Shown piece after piece: positions 52,578 through 61,973 of a DNA stretch of 64,000 nt. The translations under genes were made by a program, and so were the position numbers. Origin of the DNA: Vicinamibacterales bacterium (GTDB lineage: Bacteria > Acidobacteriota > Vicinamibacteria > Vicinamibacterales > JAMQPK01). The stretch spans positions 160 through 64,159 of the forward strand of contig JAMQPK010000126.1 in NCBI GenBank assembly GCA_023717525.1, read 5' to 3'. The notes under the pieces were generated by a model. It ran no database searches. It was given only the letters and a program-made list of their open reading frames with translations, and had not been told where the DNA came from. Each line of letters starts with the position of its first letter. Position 1 is the stretch's first letter.

Positions 52578-53495
52578 CTATTTCGCGCCCAAGAGCTCCC
52601 TGAACGCGTCTTCAACCTTCGAAAACCTGAACGAAAAACCAGAATCGAGTGCGCGAGCCGGCAGCGCGCGCTGGCCGCTGAGCAGCAGCGCGTCGGCCAT
52701 TTCGCCCAAGAGGAGCCTGAGGGCGAAGGGGGGCGCAGGCATGAGGCTCGGTCGCTTCAATGCGTGTCCAAGCGCGGTTGAAAATTCCTTATTGGTGACG
52801 GGCGTTGGGGCGGTCGCATTTATCGCACCCCTGGCGTCCGCGTTGCCCATGGACCATGACACCAGCCGGACCCAGTCCTCTTTGTGAATCCACGGCATGT
52901 ATTGACGCCCGGAGCCGATTGGCCCGCCGGTAAAAAAATAGAACGGCGGCAGCATCTTCGGCAGCGCGCCACCCCGGCGATCGAGGACGAGGCCCGTGCG
53001 GACGAGCACGACCCGCGTGAAATTCGCCGCGGCGTTGGCTGCGCCCTCCCAGTCCCTGCAAACGCCAGACAGAAAGTCGTTTCCCGGCGCTGAGGCCTCC
53101 GTCAGGATCTCATCCCCTCTGTCGCCGTAGTAACCGACCGCTGAACCGCTGATGAGCACGCCCGGCGCTTTCGCTGCTTCACGAATCGCCTGGACCAGGC
53201 TGTGTGTGGCCAGCAGCCGGCTTTGATGAATCCGGCCCTTTTGAGTTTCCGACCAGCGTTTGCCGGCAATCGACTCACCCGACAGGTTCACGATGGCGTC
53301 GGCGCCGTCGATGACTTTGGCCCACGCGCCGGTCTGCCCATCTGCTGACCATCGTTGGACGGTCGTGCGGTCGGGGAGCGCCAGTGGCGGGGCGGCCTGC
53401 CTGGTGAGGATGACGAGGTCATGTCCGTCAGCGGCGAGGCGCGCGCTAAGGGCCGATCCGAGGAACCCGCGGCCTCCGGCGATGACGATACGCAT
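52578..53495 (-). CDS. TIGR01777-type NAD-dependent epimerase/dehydratase-like protein (YfcH/SDR39U1 family, C-terminal DUF1731)
   Basis: It has the N-terminal Rossmann motif MRIVIAGGRGFLGSAL and the C-terminal GQRALPARALDSGFSFRF motif characteristic of the family. Confidence 0.82.
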   Translation of the reverse strand: MRIVIAGGRGFLGSALSARLAADGHDLVILTRQAAPPLALPDRTTVQRWSADGQTGAWAKVIDGADAIVNLSGESIAGKRWSETQKGRIHQSRLLATHSLVQAIREAAKAPGVLISGSAVGYYGDRGDEILTEASAPGNDFLSGVCRDWEGAANAAANFTRVVLVRTGLVLDRRGGALPKMLPPFYFFTGGPIGSGRQYMPWIHKEDWVRLVSWSMGNADARGAINATAPTPVTNKEFSTALGHALKRPSLMPAPPFALRLLLGEMADALLLSGQRALPARALDSGFSFRFSKVEDAFRELLGAK

Positions 53496-53514
53496 GGGCG
53501 AAGAATAGGTCAGG

Positions 53515-53558
53515 TTGACATGATCTGGCCCTTAGTGTTAACTAACCAGTTGGTTAGT
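53515..53558 (+). promoter_or_regulatory. Candidate sigma70-type promoter with overlapping TetR operator palindrome
   Basis: TTGACA (53515-53520) is followed by a 17-nt spacer and TTAACT (53538-53543). A perfect inverted repeat ACTAACCA-GT-TGGTTAGT (53541-53558) ends 1 nt before the TetR ATG. Confidence 0.6.
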
Positions 53559-53559
53559 C

Positions 53560-54204
53560 ATGCCGGCCCGCCCAGCTGCTCACGCCATGGGAACCCGCAG
53601 CCGCATTCTCGCGACCGCATCGGAGGAGTTCGCCGCCAGCGGCTTCGAGGGCACCACCGTCGATCGCATCGCCCGGCGAGCGAAGGTGAACAAGGCGATG
53701 ATCTACTACCACTTTCCCAGCAAACGGGCCCTCTACACGACGATCGTCCGCGATCGCTTCACCGCCATCACCGAAAAGCTGCAGGCCATCGCGGCCCAGC
53801 CACTGCCCCCCGATCGGAAGCTGGATCGCCTGATCGAAACACTCGTCCGCTCGATCGACGAAGCCATGCATTTCCTCCCTATCTTCCTGCGCGAGATCGC
53901 CGACGGCGGAGTGCATCTGGGCGCCGAAGAGCTCGCGTTGATCACTGGAGTCTTCGCGACCGTGAGCGGCGTCATCGCCGAAGGGACACGCTCCGGTGTA
54001 TTCCGATCCATCCACCCAGCACTGGCGCACTTCACCATCGTCGCGCCGCTCCTGATGTTTCGCGCAACTGCGCCTGTGCGCGCGCGGATTAAGACTGTTC
54101 GGCGCCTGGAAATTCCCGACGCCGATTCGGCGACGGTCGTTGCGCATTTGCAGATGGTCGCCAGACGAGTGCTCATGCCCACTGAGCCGGGTCGGGAAGG
54201 GTAA
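53560..54204 (+). CDS. TetR/AcrR-family transcriptional repressor
   Basis: It has the HTH FAASGFEGTTVDRIARRAKVNKAMIYYHFPSKRALY. An alternative start is at Met 53587. Confidence 0.9.
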   Translation: MPARPAAHAMGTRSRILATASEEFAASGFEGTTVDRIARRAKVNKAMIYYHFPSKRALYTTIVRDRFTAITEKLQAIAAQPLPPDRKLDRLIETLVRSIDEAMHFLPIFLREIADGGVHLGAEELALITGVFATVSGVIAEGTRSGVFRSIHPALAHFTIVAPLLMFRATAPVRARIKTVRRLEIPDADSATVVAHLQMVARRVLMPTEPGREG

Positions 54205-54221
54205 GGGGAGAGGGGAGAGAT

Positions 54222-55229
54222 ATGTCGAAGGTTCACCTTGCGTGCTGTGTGATCGCCGTCCTCATCGCAGGCGGCTGCGAGAGGAAGAATGCCGACGCCA
54301 GCACCGCGCGCGCGTCCGGTCAGGTGGAAGCCACCGAGGTCCAGATCGCGCCGGAGGTCGGCGGGCGCATCCTGGAGATTCCGGTCAACGAAGGCGACCA
54401 TGTGCGACAGGGCGATCTTGTCGCGCGGCTCGACACGCGTGATATCGACCTGGCACTGCGGCGCGTGCAGGCGGAAAGAAAACAGGCTGACGCTCAGTTG
54501 CGGCTCCTGGAGGCCGGCTCCCGGCCCGAGGACGTCAGGCAGGCCGAAGCGCAAGCCGCGGCAGCCGCTGCGGATGTATCCGCCGCCGAGGTCGATCTTG
54601 TCGCCGCCGAGGCCGATCTTCAGCGATTCGAGCGATTGCTGCAGAGCAACTCCGGATCGCAGAAGCAGCGGGATGACGCCGCCGCGCGGCGCGACGTTGC
54701 GAGAGATCGCGTGGCGTCTGCGCGCGCACGCGACCGTGCTGCGAGGGAAGGGGTTGCGCGACTGCTCAAAGGCGCGCGCCCTCAGGAGGTCGACGCGGCG
54801 CGCGCAAGGATCGAGGCGGTCGATGCGCAGATCGCCACGCTCGAGAAACAAAAGGAAGACGCCACGGTAAGAACACCCATCAGCGGAGTGATCAGCGAGC
54901 GGTTGCTCGAACCAGGCGAGATGGCGGCGCCGCGGGCGCCGATGGCCGTGGTGACCGATCTCGATCACGCATGGGCCGAAGTGTTTGTCGATGAACCGCA
55001 GGTGCCGCGCATGAGGCTGGGTCAGGCAGCCACCCTCATTACCGACGCCGGCGACCGGCTTCCGGGAAAAATCAGTTTCATTGCCTCCAAAGCCGAATTC
55101 ACACCTCGCAATGTCCAGACAGCCGAGGATCGATCGAAGCTGGTCTACCGAGTGAAGATTTCAGCCGACAACACCAAAGGCATTCTGAAGCAGGGCATGC
55201 CGGTCGAAGCGGAGATTCCACTCCAATGA
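54222..55229 (+). CDS. HlyD-family periplasmic adaptor (YbhG-like)
   Basis: It has a lipoprotein-like N-terminus (VIAVLIAGGC), a coiled-coil (LRRVQAERKQADAQLRLLEAG...) and a beta-barrel tail. Confidence 0.88.
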   Translation: MSKVHLACCVIAVLIAGGCERKNADASTARASGQVEATEVQIAPEVGGRILEIPVNEGDHVRQGDLVARLDTRDIDLALRRVQAERKQADAQLRLLEAGSRPEDVRQAEAQAAAAAADVSAAEVDLVAAEADLQRFERLLQSNSGSQKQRDDAAARRDVARDRVASARARDRAAREGVARLLKGARPQEVDAARARIEAVDAQIATLEKQKEDATVRTPISGVISERLLEPGEMAAPRAPMAVVTDLDHAWAEVFVDEPQVPRMRLGQAATLITDAGDRLPGKISFIASKAEFTPRNVQTAEDRSKLVYRVKISADNTKGILKQGMPVEAEIPLQ

Positions 55230-56170
55230 CGATCGACGATACCGCGCTCGTTTTGCAGGGCGTCACAAAGAAATACGGCGACGTTGTCGCGTTGCGCGAC
55301 CTGTCCCTGTCGGTTGGCCGGGGTGAAATGTTCGGCCTGATCGGACCAGACGGTGCCGGTAAGACGACGGCGATTCGGATGATCTGCGGTTTGATCAAGG
55401 CCGACAGCGGCAGTGTGCGGGTGGTAGGACATGACCCGGTCAGCGATCACCTGCGCGTCACGCAGTCCATCGGGTACCTCTCACAACGGTTCAGTCTGTA
55501 CGGCGATCTCACCATCGACGAGAACATCGCGTTCTTTGCGGAGATTCACGGTCTCAGGATGGGCGATCCGGTCATCCGGGACCGGCGTCAGCGCCTGCTC
55601 GATCTCACGCAGCTCACACCGTTCCGAGGGCGGCTCGCCGATCAGCTCTCCGGCGGGATGAAGCAGAAGCTGGCGCTCGCGTGCACGCTGGTGCACGAGC
55701 CCGAACTCATCCTTCTGGATGAACCGACCACTGGGGTCGATCCTGTGTCGCGGCGAGAGTTCTGGAAGCTGCTCTCTGAGTTCCTCGCTCAGGGCATCAC
55801 GATTCTCATGGCGACGCCGTACCTGGATGAAGCTGAGCGATGCACGCGTGTCGCCATGCTGCATGAAGGCCGGCTGCTCGCGCTGGATCACCCTGCCGGT
55901 CTCCGCGCCAGCCTGCCGGGGGCGGTCATGGAAGTGATCTCCCCCGACCGCGACCGCACGACGAGCCTCATCGAGCGCCTGCCTGGCGTAGTGGACGTGC
56001 AGCTCTTCGGTGAACGCGCGCATGTGCGGTTGACGCCGGAATCGCCGCTCAGCGATCCCGATCGGTTTGTCACCCTGTTGCGCCAGGAAGGTATTGAACC
56101 GGAAAGCATCAGGCGCGTGCCGACGTCGCTCGAAGACGTGTTCATTGCACAGGTCACGCGACACGCGTAG
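55226..56170 (+). CDS. ABC transporter ATP-binding protein (ABC-2 / YbhF-like half)
   Basis: It has Walker A GPDGAGKTT, signature LSGGMKQKL and Walker B LILLDEPT. Confidence 0.92.
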   Translation: MTIDDTALVLQGVTKKYGDVVALRDLSLSVGRGEMFGLIGPDGAGKTTAIRMICGLIKADSGSVRVVGHDPVSDHLRVTQSIGYLSQRFSLYGDLTIDENIAFFAEIHGLRMGDPVIRDRRQRLLDLTQLTPFRGRLADQLSGGMKQKLALACTLVHEPELILLDEPTTGVDPVSRREFWKLLSEFLAQGITILMATPYLDEAERCTRVAMLHEGRLLALDHPAGLRASLPGAVMEVISPDRDRTTSLIERLPGVVDVQLFGERAHVRLTPESPLSDPDRFVTLLRQEGIEPESIRRVPTSLEDVFIAQVTRHA

Positions 56171-56178
56171 AGGACTTT

Positions 56179-57507
56179 ATGAAACGAACCGCAATTGTTC
56201 TCCTTCTCTTAACGTCGGGAATAGCCGCCAGCCCCCGCCGAGCTGGCGCACAGGTCCCAGCGGTTCGGCTGACGTTGCCCGAGGCAGTCGCGCGTGGGCT
56301 CGAAACGAGCTACCGGCTGGCCGAACTCGGCGCCCGAGAGGACGCTGCAAGAGCCGTGGAGGAGCAGCGAAAGGCGAACGAACGCCCGCAGGTCGCGTTG
56401 TCCGCCGGCTACACGAGAACCAACCACGTCCAGGCGTTCGGCGTGCCTGCCATCGCGGGGGGCGTGCGAGTCCTCTATCCCGACATCCCGGATAACTACC
56501 GCTCGCGCGTCGACTTTCAATGGCCTATCTACACCGCGGGGCGCACCTCAGCGCTTGTGAACGCGGCAGCCGCCGAAGCGAGCGCGACGACGCAGGACCG
56601 TCAGGCGGCGAGGGATGATCTGAAGCTGGAGATTACGCGCGCGTACTGGGCGGTGATTACCGCAAGAGCCGCGGTGGACGTGGTGCGTCAGGCGCTGAAC
56701 CGCATCGCCTCGCACTTGACCGACGTCAGGAATCTGCTGAACGTCGGGCTCGTCCCGCCGAGCGACGTGCTGACGGTCGAAGCGCAACAGGCGCACGAGC
56801 AGATACTTGCGATCGACGCAGAGAATATGGTCGACACCGTCTCGTACGAGTTTCGGCGGCTGGTTGGCCTGCCCCTCGACACTCCCTTCGAGCTCGCTGA
56901 CGTCATGCAACTACCTGCTGGGCCGCCGAAGGACGTTGCGGCGCTCGTCGACACCGCGCGAAGCAATCGCGCCGAACGACACGCCCTCCAGTTCCGCATC
57001 GGCGGTGCGGGCGAACGCGTCACGGCAGCCGCCGCTGGCCGGAAACCAGTCGTCAACTCGGCAGGTGGTTACGATCTTGCGCGTCCCAACCCCTACATCT
57101 TTCCTCGCCAGGCTGCGTGGAAGTCGTCGTGGGATCTCGGCGTCAACGTCCGATGGCCGGTGTTCGATGGAGGCCGTGTTCGCGCGGAGGTCGCCGAAGC
57201 CGATGCGAACCGGCGCGCGATCGAAGCACGGCTGAAGGATTTTGATGCGACGGTCGACGTCGAGGTGCGTCAGCGGGTTGCCGATCTCGCTTCTGCAGAA
57301 GCGGCTGTGGCCGCGGCCGATGTCGGCGTTCGGAGCGCGACCGAAGCGAGGCGCGTCCTTGCGGAGCGATTTTCAGTTGGCGTGGCCACCAACACCGACG
57401 TGCTCGACGCACAGGTCGCCCTGTTGCAGGCAGAACTCGATCGCACGCGCGCGCTTGCCGGCGCGCAACTCGCCGCTGCGAGGCTCGAACGCGCGTTGGG
57501 TAGATAA
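56179..57507 (+). CDS. TolC-family outer-membrane efflux protein
   Basis: It has a signal peptide and two tandem OEP repeats with the typical LTLPEAVARGLETSYRL start and coiled helices. Confidence 0.88.
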   Translation: MKRTAIVLLLLTSGIAASPRRAGAQVPAVRLTLPEAVARGLETSYRLAELGAREDAARAVEEQRKANERPQVALSAGYTRTNHVQAFGVPAIAGGVRVLYPDIPDNYRSRVDFQWPIYTAGRTSALVNAAAAEASATTQDRQAARDDLKLEITRAYWAVITARAAVDVVRQALNRIASHLTDVRNLLNVGLVPPSDVLTVEAQQAHEQILAIDAENMVDTVSYEFRRLVGLPLDTPFELADVMQLPAGPPKDVAALVDTARSNRAERHALQFRIGGAGERVTAAAAGRKPVVNSAGGYDLARPNPYIFPRQAAWKSSWDLGVNVRWPVFDGGRVRAEVAEADANRRAIEARLKDFDATVDVEVRQRVADLASAEAAVAAADVGVRSATEARRVLAERFSVGVATNTDVLDAQVALLQAELDRTRALAGAQLAAARLERALGR

Positions 57508-58434
57508 ATGTCGAACGCCATCAGCGTCCGCGATCTCACCAGGCGATTCGGGGGCTTTGTCGCCGTCGATCGCGTCACGTTCGACGTTGAACGAGGGGAG
57601 ATCTTCGGTTTTCTCGGCGCCAACGGCGCCGGCAAGTCGACGACCATCCGCATGCTCTGCGGGTTGTTGAAGCCGACCTCCGGTGCCGCGCTGGTGGACG
57701 GCGTCGATGTGAGCCGCAACCCCGAACAGGTGAAGCAGCGGATCGGCTACATGTCGCAGCGATTCTCGCTGTACGAGCTCCTGACGGTCGATCAGAACAT
57801 TCAATTCTTCGGCGCGATGTATGGGCTGAACGACGATCAGATCGCGGTCAGGAGAAAGTTCGTCATCGAAATGGCCGGCCTCGCGGGCCGGGAGAACTCC
57901 AAGGCGCGCGACCTTGCGGGCGGATGGCGGCAGCGGCTGGCGCTTGGCTGTGCAATTCTCCACGAACCGAGAATCGTGTTCCTGGACGAACCCACCGGCG
58001 GCGTCGATCCCGTCTCCCGGCGTCAATTCTGGCGCCTCATCGAAGAACTGTCGCGCGGCGGGGTGACCGTCCTCGTCACCACGCACTACCTCGACGAGGC
58101 CGAGCACTGCCATCGCATCGCCATTATCAACGCGGGAAGGCTCGCAGCCATCGGCACATCACGCGAGCTGAAGCGCGTGTTTGCCGACCGGCCTATCGTC
58201 GAAATTCACTCGAGCCGCCCCGTGGACCTGATGCGTGCGCTCGAAGGGATGGACGAGGTTGAAAAGACCACGATTTTCGGCACGGCTGTCCACGCCGTGC
58301 TGAAACCGGGCCGAGGCGGCACGGCGGCGCTTCGCGGCCAGCTCGAACGGCTGGGCCTCGACATCGCGGCCATCGACCAGGTGATGCCATCGCTGGAAGA
58401 CGTGTTTCTGGACGTGGTGGAGAAGGCATCGTAG
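57508..58434 (+). CDS. ABC transporter ATP-binding protein (second ABC-2 ATPase)
   Basis: It has Walker A GANGAGKST, signature LAGGWRQRL and Walker B IVFLDEPT. It starts directly after the TolC stop. Confidence 0.92.
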   Translation: MSNAISVRDLTRRFGGFVAVDRVTFDVERGEIFGFLGANGAGKSTTIRMLCGLLKPTSGAALVDGVDVSRNPEQVKQRIGYMSQRFSLYELLTVDQNIQFFGAMYGLNDDQIAVRRKFVIEMAGLAGRENSKARDLAGGWRQRLALGCAILHEPRIVFLDEPTGGVDPVSRRQFWRLIEELSRGGVTVLVTTHYLDEAEHCHRIAIINAGRLAAIGTSRELKRVFADRPIVEIHSSRPVDLMRALEGMDEVEKTTIFGTAVHAVLKPGRGGTAALRGQLERLGLDIAAIDQVMPSLEDVFLDVVEKAS

Positions 58435-59556
58435 ATGAGCCTGCGCAAGACACTCGCCGTCGGTCGAAAAGAGTTTCGGCAGATCGCCAGAGACCGTCGA
58501 TCGCTGCTGGTGCTGCTCTTCGTTCCGGCGTTCTTTCTCTTGCTGTACGGCTATGCGTTGAACTTCGATGTGTCGCATATCGCCCTGGCCGTAGAAGACA
58601 ACGACCGATCGTCCGGGAGTCGCGAAATCGTTTCGGCGTTCGTGAACTCAGGCTACTTCGATCTGGTTGCCGAGGTGACCAGCGATCGCGAGGCCGAGAG
58701 ACTGATCGATCGGGGACAGGCGCGCGCCGTACTTGTCATTCCACCTAGGCTGCACGCAAGGCTGCTGAAGGGCGAGCGGGTGCCGGTGCAGGTGATCATC
58801 AACGGCGACAACGCCAACACCGCGGCAACCGTGATGGGTTATGCGCTGCGCATCCTGCAGGCGGTATCCCAGCAGTCTCAGCTGCAAGCGTCAACGAGGC
58901 CAGGGGGTCCCATCGTCGTGGTCGAGCCACGGGTCTGGTACAACCCCGAGCTGCGAAGCGCATTGTTTCTGGTACCGGGCCTCATTGCGTACATCGGAAT
59001 GATCTCCTCAGTCATATCCACGGCGTTGTCGGTTGTGCGGGAGAAAGAGCGCGGCACGATGGAGCAGGTACGGATGGCGCCGCTCGGCACCGGCGCGTAC
59101 ATCGTCGGCAAGACCCTGCCGTATTTCGCGATCTCTCTGTGCTCCTCGACCGCGATCATTCTGGCATCGATGGTGTTGTTCGACCTTCCGATGCGCGGGT
59201 CCTGGTTATTGCTGTTCCTGTCGCTCTCGCTGTATCTGGCCGGCGCGCTCGGGCTCGGCTTGATGATCTCGACCGTCGCAGAATCGCAACAGGTCGCCTT
59301 TCAGATGGCTCTGCTGTCGTCGTTCCTTCCGACGATGATGCTGTCTGGTTTCGTCTATCCCATTGCCAGTATGCCGGCGCCGATTCGCGCCATCACTTAC
59401 ATCGTCCCCGCGCGCTACTTCCTCGTGGCCCTTCGCGCCATCGTGTTGAAGGGCGCCGGTATCCAGGTGTACTGGCTCCAACTTGTCGCCCTCGTCATCT
59501 ACGCCGGCTTCATGCTGACGATGGCGTCGCTCCGCCTGAAACGGCAGTGGACATGA
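58435..59556 (+). CDS. ABC-2-type transporter permease (YbhS/YbhR-like)
   Basis: It has the N-terminal KEFRQIARDRRSLLVLLFVP, a periplasmic insert and six TM helices. Its ATG immediately follows the upstream TAG stop (TAGATG junction). Confidence 0.9.
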   Translation: MSLRKTLAVGRKEFRQIARDRRSLLVLLFVPAFFLLLYGYALNFDVSHIALAVEDNDRSSGSREIVSAFVNSGYFDLVAEVTSDREAERLIDRGQARAVLVIPPRLHARLLKGERVPVQVIINGDNANTAATVMGYALRILQAVSQQSQLQASTRPGGPIVVVEPRVWYNPELRSALFLVPGLIAYIGMISSVISTALSVVREKERGTMEQVRMAPLGTGAYIVGKTLPYFAISLCSSTAIILASMVLFDLPMRGSWLLLFLSLSLYLAGALGLGLMISTVAESQQVAFQMALLSSFLPTMMLSGFVYPIASMPAPIRAITYIVPARYFLVALRAIVLKGAGIQVYWLQLVALVIYAGFMLTMASLRLKRQWT

Positions 59557-60677
59557 GACGTATTCTGTTCATGATGTGGAAGGAGGTCCTGGAATTGCGG
59601 CAGGACCCGCGCATTTTCTCCATCATCTTCATCGCGCCGATCGTTCAGCTGACCGTCCTCGGCTACGCAGCGACCACCGATGTTACGAATGTGCCCGTGG
59701 TCATCGTCGATGCGGATCGCAGCTCGGCGAGCCACGCACTGGTCGACCGCTTCACCGCGTCGAACATCTTCAGGGTCGTCAGCCTTGCCTCCAGCATGCA
59801 GGAGGTGGATCCGTATCTCGAGAAAGGAGAGGCCTGGATGGCGTTGGTCATCCCGCCGAGGTATGGCGAAAGCATCAAGAGCGGGCGGCCAGTGGCGCTG
59901 CAGATCGTCGCTGATGGCTCGGACGCGAGCTCGACCAACATCGCGCTTGGGTACGCGGGCAATCTGATCGCCGACTACGCGCAGGATCTGATGCAGGCGG
60001 CAGGGCGATCGAGCGGCGCATCGCCGCCCGGCGGAATCGATCCGCGCATCCGCGTCTGGTTCAACCCCACGGTCGAAAGCCGGTACTTCATGCTGCCCGG
60101 TATCTTCGCTCTGCTGCTGCTGGTGGTCACGGCGAACCTATCGTCGATGGCGGTCGTGCGCGAGCGCGAAATCGGCACCCTCGAGCAGCTGAACGTGACG
60201 CCGTTGAGCCGGCTGCAACTAATCTTCGGCAAGCTCGTGCCGTACGCCGTCATCGGGATGATCGATGCGCTGATCGTGCTGCTGGTCATCGTCTTCTGGT
60301 TCGAGGTGCCGTTGCGCGGCAGCTTCTGGCTCCTGATGGGGATGAGTTGTGTGTATCTTCTGACCACTCTCGGGCTCGGCCTGTTCATCTCGACGATCTC
60401 CAACACGCAGCAGCAGGCGATGATGACATCGACGTTCTTCTTCATGACGCCGATGATGTACCTCTCGGGTTTCGTCTTTCCCATCGAAAACATGCCGTCG
60501 TGGATTCAGCCCCTGACATTTCTGATTCCGCTACGCTATTTCGTCATCATCCTTCGCGGGATCTTCCTTCAGGGTGTTGGTCTCGACACCCTCTGGCCGC
60601 AGGCCCTCGCGCTGTTTGCCTGGGGCGTCACGATTCTGACTCTGGCCGTATTGAGATCGAGCAAGCGCCTCGCATAG
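59553..60677 (+). CDS. ABC-2-type transporter permease (paralog)
   Basis: It reads MRRILFMMWKEVLELRQDPRIFSIIFIAP and has the same architecture as the previous gene. ATG 59553 overlaps the previous stop in an ATGA, and the listed 59139 start is rejected. Confidence 0.9.
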   Translation: MRRILFMMWKEVLELRQDPRIFSIIFIAPIVQLTVLGYAATTDVTNVPVVIVDADRSSASHALVDRFTASNIFRVVSLASSMQEVDPYLEKGEAWMALVIPPRYGESIKSGRPVALQIVADGSDASSTNIALGYAGNLIADYAQDLMQAAGRSSGASPPGGIDPRIRVWFNPTVESRYFMLPGIFALLLLVVTANLSSMAVVREREIGTLEQLNVTPLSRLQLIFGKLVPYAVIGMIDALIVLLVIVFWFEVPLRGSFWLLMGMSCVYLLTTLGLGLFISTISNTQQQAMMTSTFFFMTPMMYLSGFVFPIENMPSWIQPLTFLIPLRYFVIILRGIFLQGVGLDTLWPQALALFAWGVTILTLAVLRSSKRLA

Positions 60678-61457
60678 TCACAGATCCGCCCGCTTCGGAT
60701 ACTTCAGGCGGAGTCCTTCGAGCGCGTTCACGAGGATCGCCCCGACCAGATAGTTTCGGTACCACTTGTGATTGGCCGGTACGATGTGCCAGGGCGCCCA
60801 CGCGGTCGAGGTCTTCGACAGGACGTCTTCGTAGGCGCGTCTGTAGTCCTTCCAGAGCCTGCGCTCCTTCAGATCGCCTTCGTTGAATTTCCAGCGCTTC
60901 GTGGGGTCCTCGAGGCGCGCGTCGAGGCGTTTGCGCTGCTCGTCCTTGTCGATGTGCAGAAAGAATTTCAGAATCAGCGTGCCGCTGTCGGCCAGCGTCC
61001 GCTCGAACGCGTTGATCTGTTCGTAGCGCTTCTTCCAGACGGCCTCGGGCACCAGTTCGTGAACACGGACCACCAGCACGTCCTCGTAGTGGCTTCGGTT
61101 GAAGACGACGATGTCGCCGCGCCCGGGTACCTGGCTGTGCACCCGCCAAAGAAAATCGTGATCGAGTTCCTCGCTGGTCGGCTGGCGGAACGACACGACC
61201 CGGATGCCCTGCGGATTGAAGCTGCCGGCCACGTGCCGGATGACGCCGTCCTTGCCAGATGTGTCGGTGCCTTGCAGCACGATGAGCACCTTGCGATCGT
61301 GTGCGGCAAACAGCATCTCCTGGAGAGCCGCGAGCCGGGCTTGCAGCCCCAGGAATGTCTTTTCGGCCTGCTCCTTGTCCGGCACGAGGCGGGTGTCGCT
61401 GGGGTTGAACGCGGCAAGCTTTACTCTCTGACCCGGTCGTACGAGATACTTCTTCAT
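60678..61457 (-). CDS. ppk2: Polyphosphate kinase 2 family (single-domain PPK2)
   Basis: It has the Walker A-like LIVLQGTDTSGKDG, FNRSHYEDV, and the lid region HIDKDEQRKRLDARLEDPTKRWKFNEGD. ATG 61457 is chosen. Confidence 0.9.
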   Translation of the reverse strand: MKKYLVRPGQRVKLAAFNPSDTRLVPDKEQAEKTFLGLQARLAALQEMLFAAHDRKVLIVLQGTDTSGKDGVIRHVAGSFNPQGIRVVSFRQPTSEELDHDFLWRVHSQVPGRGDIVVFNRSHYEDVLVVRVHELVPEAVWKKRYEQINAFERTLADSGTLILKFFLHIDKDEQRKRLDARLEDPTKRWKFNEGDLKERRLWKDYRRAYEDVLSKTSTAWAPWHIVPANHKWYRNYLVGAILVNALEGLRLKYPKRADL

Positions 61458-61463
61458 CTCTAT

Positions 61464-61973
61464 ATGATGCCTGAGCCGTGGCTGCGCGGTCCTATCTCTG
61501 GCGTTCCTCCGCTCCTTCAGCCTCCAGCTCATGCCTTCGTGATGGCACTGGAGGACATCCTGGCGACGGTCGACGGCCTGAGCCAGGATCAACTGTGGCG
61601 GCAGCCTGGAGGCGCGCCGTCGGTCGGATTTCATCTAATGCATCTTGCAGGCAGCACCGACCGGCTGCTGACATACGCGCGCGGGGAAACGTTATCCGAG
61701 ACCCAGCGCGCCCTGCTGAACAGCGAACGCGAGCTTCGGCCGCCGTATCCGAGCCTCGACGTCCTTCTGGCCGGCTGGCGCGAGGTAGTGCAGAATGCAC
61801 TGCGGCAGATCGCGGAGACGCCGGAATCATCGCTCACCGAGCCGCGAGCGGTTGGCCGGGTAAAGCTGCCGACCACCGTGATCGGCGCATTGTTTCACGC
61901 GGCCGAACATGCACAGCGACACGTGGGTCAGATCGTTGCGACAACCACAATCATTCGAGGGACCGAACAATGA
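61464..61973 (+). CDS. DinB-family (DinB_2/YfiT-like) metal-dependent protein
   Basis: It has the N-terminal PEPWLRGPISGVPPLLQPPAHAF, a His-containing helix (FHLMHLAGSTDRLL) and HAAEHAQRHVGQ. The long listed ORF from 60768 is antisense to ppk2. Confidence 0.8.
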   Translation: MMPEPWLRGPISGVPPLLQPPAHAFVMALEDILATVDGLSQDQLWRQPGGAPSVGFHLMHLAGSTDRLLTYARGETLSETQRALLNSERELRPPYPSLDVLLAGWREVVQNALRQIAETPESSLTEPRAVGRVKLPTTVIGALFHAAEHAQRHVGQIVATTTIIRGTEQ

